Origin: Anolis carolinensis
Lineage: Eukaryota
Direction of reading: 5' to 3'
Assembly: GCF_035594765.1 (NCBI RefSeq)
Contig: NC_085846.1
Span: 30,677,190 to 30,741,189 of the forward strand
DNA length: 64,000 bases
Below are positions 26,808-64,000 of the stretch, in pieces; the first letter of the stretch is position 1; each line of letters opens with the position of its first letter. A model generated the notes under the pieces. That model was given only the letters and a program-made list of their open reading frames with translations, was not told the DNA's origin and ran no database searches. A program made the translations under genes and the position numbers.

Positions 26808-27734
26808 AGAAAACATTTAACATAGAAACAGGTAACACAGCATCTTTGCTCAGAAATCACTGAACATTCCATGAGTTCCTACTTGGCGGCCACATACATC
26901 TCAGAAGGGCCAAAAATTGGGAAGGGAATCATCTAGATTAAGTGCTGAGAGGTCAGGGCCTTGAGGAGTGAAGGCACTTGAGGGAGGCCCCAAGAAGGCT
27001 GAAGAAAATGTTACCAATCTCCCTTTAGTAGCCCAGTAATGATTCCTGAAGCGCTAAATGGACTCTCTACAGCACAACTGGTCCACAGTGTCCAGCTTCA
27101 CAATTTCACAAACACGAGAAAGTCCAGGAAGTAATAAAAAACTGATTGTCATCAAGAGCTATGGCCTGAGCAAACCCCCATTCCTTTGAGACCACATCAC
27201 ACCAGTTGCATAAGGGCCAACCCAGTACATATTAAACAAAGTTTTTGGTAGAAAAATGTTTACAAACTGCTCCCTACAAAAAAGAGATAGTGCAAAAGAA
27301 TATATGCCAGCAGGACTGGCAATTTGGAATGGACAAAGCTTTGGTTAAACATTGAGCAGCAATAGCAGCAGCGGCAGCAACTTTCTTGCATTGCAAGAGA
27401 AACTGCCGAGGCTCAGCTAAGAGGTAGAAGGCAACTCAAACAAAAAATATATATCCCAGTGTCCCAGAGGCAAAGCGCACAGGAAGAGTGGGGATCTGAT
27501 TAGTGGAGGAGCTCATTGACCACTGTAAAAGAAGACTTTTACCTCTTGTATAGTCTCAGGTGAATACCTGAAATAGTGCCCCTCCCCTTCTCCCCATCAA
27601 CAGTAAGCAGCAGAGGCAGGCAGCAGATCTCCTCCATCCTATGAAGGACAAAGGATTTTCGACAAGCATAGTCTGCTTGTCCGTCCACTCCAAAAGTACC
27701 ACAAAATGCGAAAGAGATGGTGGAGGCAGCAACA

Positions 27735-55750
<28,016 letters not shown>

Positions 55751-56199
55751 GAGAGGAAAAGCAAGAGATGAATCCTTCCTCCGTCGAAGGCAACTGCCGT
55801 CTGAGGAAAAAAGAAGGAAGCGGTTTCGATTGACTGACGAGGCGAAGGACTCCCTCAGCCAATCACAGGCGCCAGCGGCGGCAGGCTCCTCCTCCGGGAC
55901 CGCCCTCCCCCGTCAACCGCCAAGAGAGCGGGAAAGGAGGCGGGGGAGCCGAGAGAGAGAAAGCGAGGCAAATGAGCGCCTGATGAGGCCCAGCGCCAAA
56001 GAAGCGCCTCAGAGAGGCACGCGGCCCAGTCACGAGGGCAAACACTCTCCTTCTGACTGGAATGTTTATCTCCATGTCTGTCAATCTCTCATACATATAT
56101 ACATATACATTTATCTATACACATAATAAAAGTGAAAATACGTATATATGTGTGGCTGGGGTGTCCTGTCCACTACACATACAAGCTCCCATTCCCACA

Positions 56200-56893
56200 A
56201 AGTGGTCGGTCTCTCTTCCTTTTTCCTTCCATTTTCCCCAGCATCGTAATCTTTTTCAAGCTTTCCTGTCTCCTCATGATGTGGCCAAAATACTTCAGCT
56301 TTGCCTTTAATATCCTTCCCTCCAGTGAGCAGCAGGGCATTATTTCCTGGAGGATGGACTGGTTGGATCTTCTTGCGGTCCACGGCACTCTCAGGATTTT
56401 CCTCCAGCACCAGAGTTCAAAAGTGTCTATCTTCCTTCGCTCAACCTTCCTTATGGTCCAGCTCTCACATCCATAGGTTACTATGGGGAATACCATTGCT
56501 TTGACTATGCGGACCTTCGTTGCCTTTATAGGAAAGATAATAATATCGAGGATAGCCTTGATGGTGCAGTGAGTGAATTAGAACCAGACATCCTGAGGAG
56601 TGTGGTTGAATGGGCCTTAAGAAGCATTGCTAATAACAAGGCAGCAGGAGATGAAGGGATCCCAGCTGAACTGTTTAAAATCTTGAAAGATGACGATATC
56701 AAGGCGATGTATGCATATGCCAGCAAACATGGAAAACACAAGAATGGCCATCAAAAGGAAGAGGGGTCAACCAAGGGCAAGATGGATGGATGGTATCCTG
56801 GAAGTGACTGGCTTCACCTTGAAGAAACTAGGGGTGGTGACGGCCAACAGGGAGCTCTGGTGTGGGCTGGTCCATGAGGTCACAAAGAGTGCT
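56200..56893. mobile_element. RTE-clade BovB LINE fragment, rearranged
   Basis: Minus strand: MVFPIVTYGCESWTIRK...FELWCWRKILRVPWTARRSNQSIL...KYFGHIMRR. Plus strand: ELEPDILRS..EWALRSIANNKAAG..GIPAELFK, then KRKRGQPRARWMD...VHEVTKS. Confidence 0.88.
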
Positions 56894-57179
56894 TGTTTTC
56901 TGCTGCCCTGCAGACTAGGACGCGGAACAATGGCTTCAAACTACAGGAAAGGAGATTCCACCTGAACATCAGGAAGAACTTCCTGACTGTGTGGGCTGTT
57001 CGGCAGTGAAACTCTCTCCCCCGGACAGTGGTTGAGGCTCCTTCCTTGGAGGCTTTTAAGCAGAGGCTGGATGGCCACCTGTCCGGGGTGCTTTGAATGA
57101 GATTTTCCTGCTTCTTGCAGGAGGTTGGACTGGATGGCCCATGAGGTATCTTCCAACTCTACTATTCTATGATTCTATG
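56894..57179 (+). mobile_element. CR1 LINE 3' end
   Basis: TRNNGFKLQERRFHLNIRKNFLTV and (ATTCTATG)n tail. Confidence 0.88.
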
Positions 57180-57261
57180 ACTGAACGAAGAAACAACAAA
57201 ATGTGTAAAAGTTTTTTTTTAATTAAAACATAAGGTGCTTTTGTGACTTTTGGCTCATCCT

Positions 57262-57530
57262 ATCTTCTATCTTCTATATATATAAAAGGGTAATGAAAGT
57301 TCGGCCTAGGACAAAACAACAAAACTACACATCCCAGAAACACTAAATTTGGCAGCACAACCCCTCATCCATGCCTCTACGTTCATACAACAAAAAGAAA
57401 AGAAAAATAAAGTCCTAATTAAAGAGAGAGGAATAATTGTTTTTATCCAATTGCTGCCAATTAAAAGGCCAAGCTCCACCCACTTGGTCTCCTAGCAACC
57501 CACTCAGCCCAGGGGACAGGCACAGTTAAC
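57262..57530 (+). mobile_element. Helitron 5' fragment related to 61544-63692
   Basis: TCTATATATATAAAAG start; body matches the reverse complement of 63420-63692. Confidence 0.7.
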
Positions 57531-57572
57531 GCACCCAAGGAAGGTCTCTGCATGTCCCCTAGCCTTCTAGGT

Positions 57573-58103
57573 CAGGGGTCCCCAAACTAAGGCCCGGGGG
57601 CCAGATGCAGCCCTCCAAGGTCATTTACCGGGCCCCTGTCATAAACTTTAGACTTAGGGTTGACCTAAGTCTATCTGGTCTTTGGAGGTCTTTTTGCTTA
57701 CCTATGGTCTTATGAGACCGTCTAGATGGCCTTTGAGGGTCTCTTTCCTTATGAGATTGTCTAGATGGCCTTTGAGGGTTCCTTTCCTTATCTATGGTCT
57801 TCTGGTGGCCTTATGAGATCATCTAGATGGCCTTTGGAGGTCTCTTTGCTTACCTATGGTCTTATGAGATTGTCTAGACCAGGGATCCCCAAACTAAGGC
57901 CCATGGGCCAGATGCAGCCCTCCAAGGTGATTTACCTGGCCTCCGTCCTAAACTTTAGACTTAGGGTTGACTTAAGTCTGAAATGACTTGAAGGCACACA
58001 ACAACAACAATCCTAATTTTGGACTACTTCAACATAGTCCGGCCCCCCAACAGTCTGAGGGACTGTGAACCGGTCCTCCACTTAAAAAGTCTGAAGACCC
58101 CTG
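57573..58103. mobile_element. Composite hAT element with duplicated left end and internal tandem repeats
   Basis: CAGGGGTCCCCAAAC...GACCCCTG, perfect TSD TTCTAGGT; second left end at 57880. Confidence 0.8.
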
Positions 58104-58842
58104 TTCTAGGTCCTTATTTTGCTAAAGGCCAGCAACGTGGAGAGAGAAAGGAGCCAAGTCCTTTCCTGGGTCCCTTTCCGAGGCAAGCGAGCCTTCAGCC
58201 GCCAGAGGGCCCGCTTCGTGGCTGGCGAGGGGAAGGGAGGTCTTTCCCTTCCACTCTCTCGCTCTTTCCCTCGTTCATTCTTTTCTCTCGCCAGGATGTG
58301 GAATCGCGCTTCCTGGAGTTTGCAGCTCGCTGTTGCTTCCCTTAAGCCCCCCACCCTTTCCATGCCAGCTCCCTGCGAAGGGGACACCATTGCCCTGTAA
58401 ATCGGCCACCAGCACCCAAGCGCTAAGCAGCAGCAGCAGGTAAATGGATCCGGAATGAAACAAAATGAGGGGGGATCTTGGGGGGCGTGCAGAGAGGGGA
58501 AGGAATGCGCCTGGAGCCGCCGTTCTCCTCGCTTTCTTCCCCTCCCTCCTTCCTTCTCAAGGTCCGATGCACCAGGAGGAAACAATGGAGGCCGAGCAGG
58601 ACAGAGATGGACCCCGGGTTTCGGGGGGTGGGCATTTGGAGAGAAAGGGGGGCACGCTTTTGGTGCATTCACTTCTAATGTGGAAGGAGGTCGAATTTTA
58701 CACCTCTCACGACCCCCCCCCCCCTTCCAGCTCAGGTTTCTGACCTTCCATACACCCCCCCCCCCCCCATTTGTTCCAATTTTCTCCATGTAATAGCTTT
58801 TCTTCTTGCCCTGCATATTCGTCGATCACGCCCCCTTCCTTT

Positions 58843-59060
58843 GGGTGTATTTACACTGTGGAATTAATGCAGTTTGGAACCACTTTAGCGGTCTGGCTCA
58901 ATATGGGATCATGGGAGAGGTAGTTTGGTGAGGCACTGCTAGCAGCATTGGGCAGACAAGGCAAAAAGACCTTGTGAAACTACAACTCCTATGGTTCCAT
59001 AGCATCGAGCCATTGCAGTTCAAGTGGTGCCAAACTGTATTGTAAATAGTAAACACACCC
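58843..59060. mobile_element. Palindromic MITE (TACACTGTAGAATTAATGCAGTTTGACACCAC family)
   Basis: Long imperfect inverted arms; relatives at 11010-11185, 52685-52800 and 59195-59450. Confidence 0.65.
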
Positions 59061-59481
59061 TTTGCTTGAGCTTGCCAATGTCATGCGATTTGTTTCCACT
59101 CCTTTTGATATCTCATGAATGTCCACATGACGCTTGCGATCCCCAATCTAGGTCACAAATGTAAGGCTGTCTAGGTTCTAATGTGGGGGATGTAGCCACA
59201 CTGTAGAATTAATTCAGTTTGACACCACATTGAACTGTGATTCCATAGCAGTGGATCACGCCCTCATTCTCTGGGCGCATCTCAACTGTAGAAGCCATGC
59301 AGTCTGACACCACTGTAACTGCTCTGACTCAATGCCATCAAATCCTAGTGTTGTTTGGTAAGACATCAACACCTTGTAAAACTACAACTCCTAGGATCCC
59401 ATAACATGGAATCATGGCTGTTAAAGTGGTGCCAGTCTGCATCAATCCTACAACATGCATGCAGGGAAATCCTTGTGCAAA

Positions 59482-60240
59482 TCAGTTTTTGACTCTGGGT
59501 TGCTGTGAGTTTTCCGGGCTGTATGGCTGTGTTCCAGAAGCATTCTTTCCTGACGTTTTGCCTGCATCCATGGCAGGCATCTTCAGAGGTTGTGAGGTCT
59601 GTTGGAAAATAGGCAAGTGAGGCTTATATATCTGTGGAAGGTCCAGGGTGGGAGAAAGAACTCTTGTCTGTTTAAGGCAGGTGTGAATGTTCCAATTTGC
59701 CACCTTGATTAGCATTGAATTGCCTTTCAGCTTCAAGGTCTGGCTGCTTACTGCCTGGGGGAATCTTGGGAGGTGTTAGCTGGCCTTGATTGTCTACTGT
59801 CCGGAATTCCCCAGTTTTCTGAATGTTCTTTACTGTTCTGATTTTAGATCTTTTAAAAATTCTGGTAGCCAGATTTTGTTCATTTTCATTGTTTCCTCCT
59901 TTCTGTTGAAATTGTCCACATGCTTGTGGATTTCAATGGCTTATCTGTGTAGTCTGACATGGTAGTTGTTAAGAGTTGTCCAGTATTTCTGTGTTCTCAA
60001 GGTGGCCAACTGAAACATTCACACCTGCCTCAAACAGACAAGAGTACTTTCTCCCTCCCTGAACATTCAACAGATATATAAACCCCACTTGCTTAGTTGC
60101 CAACATACCTCATTACCTCTGAGGATGCCTGCCATAGATGCAAGCAAAACATCAGGAGAGAATGCTTCTGGAACATGGCCATATAGCCCGAAAAACGCAC
60201 AGCAACCCAGTGATTCCAGCCCTGAAATCCTTCGAAAGCA
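59482..60240 (-). mobile_element. Penelope-like element 3' part with inverted pseudo-LTR
   Basis: Endonuclease tail (EIHKHVDNFNRKEETMKMNKIW) plus pLTR on -, followed by an inverted pLTR at 60001-60240. Confidence 0.85.
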
Positions 60241-61543
60241 CAAAACTATATATTTCAGGCAATGTTTTTCTTATGAGTCCTTAAACAGCACCATAGTCAA
60301 AGAGGCCCAGGGTTTTCTATGGCAGATATGAACAGTTCCATGGGGAAACATTTTCCACCCCGTAAACTTCATGAATCACACCATCATATTTGGGGCACAT
60401 CAAGAGTGACATTGTGTTACTTCTGGCTGCCATTTTGTTTTGGGGTTTTGGGTGGCTTCTGGGAGATGGGAGATTTGTAACTATTTGTATAATTTTGGTA
60501 CAATTTTTTCGTGAAAAATCACACCCAGGCCAATGGGAGTTTGATTTTTGTCAGTTCAGCATTCTTCGGGGAAGTCTCCTGGAGACTTGGACTGCAAAAT
60601 AGTTTTGGGGCCTTATGTTATTTCCCCACATGTAAATAATTATAAACAACATTTGGGAAGATAACTTATTCTAAGTGCAATGTTTCTGTGTTTGATCTTC
60701 CAAAGATTAATATCTGTAGCCATTGGTAGAAAAGTTCACAGTTGCAATGTTTCCTGTTGTGGTCCAATTAGGATGAAGTTTCTCTAGCACTAGTGGTTCT
60801 CAACCTGTGGGTCCCCAGATGTTTTGGCCTTCAACTCCCAGAAATCCTAACAGTTGGTAAACTGGCTGGGATTTCTGGGAGTTGTAGGCCAAAACACCTG
60901 GGAACCCACAGGTTGAGAACACTGTGCTCTAGCATGTGAATGCTGTAAGGTTAAATAACCATTCAGTAACTCAAAGTGTTATGTTTGTGAGATGTGTAGT
61001 CATACCATGAAGTGCAACATGTTCCTTCCCTTTCCATCTAGAAGAATGCCATAGTGCAATATGCCAACTTTATCGGTTCAGTTTGTTGGTTTATTGATGA
61101 GATGTTTCATTTCGGTTCATGTCTAAAACATTTTGGGATGTAGCACTGTTGACACATCACCAATCAAATGTTAGGTTATTTCCATTTGTATCCTGAATGG
61201 TTCAAAGAGCAAGTCAAGTCTGAACTTTCCCTAGAAGCCAATGTTGATTAAGCTGGTACTGTCATACTTTCAGCATATTAAGAGAAGACATGACTCACTA
61301 GAAAAGGGCAATGATGCTTGGCAAGGGAGAAGGTAAAGAGGAAAAGAACTGGTTTTAACGGTTTATTTTTTAATGATGTTAATGTTTAATTCTATTTTAA
61401 TGTTTATATATTGTTAGGTTTTAAATTGTATTCTATTTGTAGTTAAATTGTATTAAATTGTATTTTATTGTGAGCTGCTTTGTCTCTCATTTTTAGAAAG
61501 ATAAGGCAAAATATAAATTAAAAAAAAACCCATTATAGGTAGA

Positions 61544-63692
61544 CTAGCTGTGCCCGGCCACGCGTTGCTGTGGCGAAGTATGGTGGTATGGGAAATAAAG
61601 TATTGAGGAATTTGTGGTAGTTAAGGTAAAAGGTAAAGGTTTTCCCCAGACATTAAGTCCAGTCGTGTCTTACTCTGGAGGTTGGTGCTCATCTCCATTT
61701 CTAAGCCGAAGAGCCGGCGTTGTCCGTAGACTCCTCCAAGGTCATGTGGGATGACTACATGGAGTGGCGTTACCTTCCCGCCGGAGCAGTACCTATTGAT
61801 GCACTCACATTTGCATGTTTTCGAACTTCTGGGTTGGCAGAAGCTGGGGCTAACAGTGGGGGCTCTCTCCGCTCCCCCAATTCAAACCTGTGGCCTTTCG
61901 GTCCAGAAGTTCAGCAGCTCAGCGCTTTAACACGCTGCGCCATCAGGGGATATTATTTCCTAAAGGTTGTGAATATACAATATTTCTGATTGGTTTTTTT
62001 TGTTTGTTGGAGGCAAGTATGAATGCTGCAATTAGGAAAAATGATTAGGATGTAATGGCCTTGCAGCTTTAAAGCCTGGCTGTTTCCTCCCTGAGTGAAT
62101 TTTTTGTTGGGAGGTGTTAGCTGGCCCTGATTGTTTCCTGTCTGGAATTCCCTTGTTTTCAGAGTGGTGTTGTTTGCGATATTTTATGTGCTTCTACTGT
62201 CTGTGGCCCTGAGAAAACAGAGGATTTTCCAGACTTTGATGATGGGAATACTTTGTTGGGAGGTGTTAGCTGGCCCTGATTGTTTCCTGTCTGGAATTCC
62301 CTTGTTTTCAGAGTGGTGTTGTTTGCGATATTTTATGTGCTTCTACTGTCTGTGGCCCTGAGAAAACAGGATTTGCCAGACTTTGATGATGGGAATACTT
62401 TGTTGGGAGGTGTTAGCTGGCCCTGATTGTTTCCTGTGTGGAATTCCCCTGTTTATTTACTGTCCTGGTTTTAGAGATTATATTGTTCTACATTATTCTA
62501 TCCCAGTAATTATTTCATATTAAAGAAAAATCTCACTTATCCAACATTCGCTTATACAATGTTCTGGATTATCCAACGCAGTCTGCCTTTTCATAATCAA
62601 TGTTTTTGTAGTCAGTGTTTTAAATTTATTGTGATATTTTAGTGGTAAATTTGTAAATACAGTACAGTAGAGTCTCACTTATCCAACATAAATGGGCCGG
62701 CAGAACGTTGGATAAGCGAATATGTTGGATAATGAGGAATTAAGGATAACCCTATTAAACATCAAATTAGGTTATGATTTTACAAATGAAGCACCAAAAC
62801 ATCATGTTAGACAACAAATTTGACAGAAAAAGTAGTTCAGTACACAGTAATGCTATATAGTAATTACTGTATTTATGAATTTAGCACCAAAATATCATGA
62901 TATATTGAAAGCATTGACTACAAAAATGCATTGGATAATCCAGAACGTTGGATAAGCGAGTGTTGGATAAGTGAGACTCTACTGTAAATACTACATAGCA
63001 TTACTGCGCATGGAACTACTTTTTCTGTCAAATTTGTTGTATAATATGATGTTTTGGTGCTTAATTTGTATAACGATTACCTAATTTGATGTTTAATTGG
63101 CTTTTCCTGAATCCCTTCTTATTATCCAACATATTCACTTATCCTGCCGGCCTGTTTACATTGGATAAGTGAGAGACTACTGTATATTTCTAATCTTATA
63201 TTATCTGCTCAGAACTGGATTATATGAGGCCCCTTCTTCACAGCTGTATAAAATGCACACTGAAGTGGATTATATGGTAGTGTGGAGTCAAGATAATCCA
63301 GTACAAAGCAGATAATATAAGATTATAAATGGGTTATATAGCTGTGTGGAAGGGCCTTGAGTCTACACTGCCATATAATCCAGTGCAAATTAGATAATCT
63401 GTGGAAGAAGCCTAAGTGAGGCCTAAATCTGCCTGTCCCCTAACTGAAACCTGGCTGTCCCTTGGTTGCTAGGCAACCAAGTGGGCAGAGATTAGCCCTC
63501 TAAACTGGCAGCAATTGGATAAAAAAAATTATTCCTCTCCCTCTAATTAGGACTTTATTTTTCTTTTCTTTTTGTTGTATCAACCTTGAGGCGTGGATGA
63601 TGGGTTGTGTTGTCAAATTTTGAGGTTGGGGGGCATGTACTTTTGCTGTTTTGTGAATCGCCGTGATGCCATCACTCTTTTATATATATAGA
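61544..63692 (-). mobile_element. Non-autonomous Helitron carrying captured TE fragments
   Basis: On -: 5' A|TCTATATATATAAAA; 3' hairpin GCCAC-AGCAACGC-GTGGC followed by CTAG|T; no TSD. Confidence 0.8.
62105..62450. repeat. Tandem repeat, about 148-bp unit x2.3, Penelope-derived, inside the Helitron
   Basis: Units start at 62105, 62254 and 62401 (TGTTGGGAGGTGTTAGCTGGCCCTGATTG...). Confidence 0.9.
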
Positions 63693-63769
63693 TAGACTTG
63701 ACCAAGGGAATTATGGCCTGAGTTTGCAAGACGTGAAGGTGTGACTTGGGATCCTTCCACATATCCATA

Positions 63770-64000
63770 TAACTCAGAATATCAAGGCAGATAATCCACA
63801 ATATCAGCTTTGAACTGCGTTATCTAAGTCCACACTGCCAGATAATCCAATTCATTTTGGATTTTATACAGCTTAAGCCCCTTCTACACTGCCATATAAA
63901 ATCCAAATTATCTGCATTGAATTTGATTATATGGCAGTGTAGACTCATATAATCCAGTTCAAAGCAGATAATGTGGGTTATCTGCTTTAATATTCTGGAT
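63770..64000. mobile_element. PIF/Harbinger-like MITE family (CTACACTGCCATATAATCC)
   Basis: GGCCCCTTCTACACTGCCA-type termini; copies near 3832-3975, 5764-5840, 7770-7910, 12835-13070, 13997-14145 and 63190-63400. Confidence 0.6.

Noticed and set aside
58106-58816. 236-aa minus-strand ORF and overlapping ORFs
   Set aside because: GC-rich low-complexity sequence with homopolymer runs, open in several frames, no protein similarity that I recognise
62105-62450. Regularly spaced repeats suggesting a CRISPR-like array
   Set aside because: Whole units are repeated with no unique spacers; eukaryotic TE-derived tandem repeat with no cas genes

Overview
Eukaryotic genomic DNA from a squamate reptile, most likely an Anolis lizard. 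The evidence is the repeat content (Sauria SINE, Vingi, BovB, CR1, Penelope, and many hAT, Tc1 and Harbinger MITEs). The window carries the conserved vertebrate block FTSJ3(-) / PSMC5(+) / SMARCD2(-). FTSJ3 is present as its first 11 coding exons (ATG 8172; the gene runs off the left edge). PSMC5 is complete (12 exons, 1221 nt, 406 aa, 10820-25691). SMARCD2 is complete (13 exons, 1530 nt, 509 aa, 55750-27735). All exons were read by hand and have GT-AG boundaries with consistent phases. Most short ORFs in the ORF track are intronic or repeat noise. I see no convincing new multi-gene system. The most interesting non-gene signals are: (1) a 37-bp hairpin in SMARCD2 intron 1 whose only non-Watson-Crick pairs are G-U on one strand; (2) minimal hammerhead-ribozyme motifs in five Penelope pseudo-LTRs; (3) a 2.15-kb non-autonomous Helitron made of captured TE pieces; (4) a FTSJ3/PSMC5 bidirectional promoter split by about 2 kb of TEs; (5) an orphan GC-rich exon candidate upstream of SMARCD2. 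Repeat family names come from recalled motifs, not from a database search.
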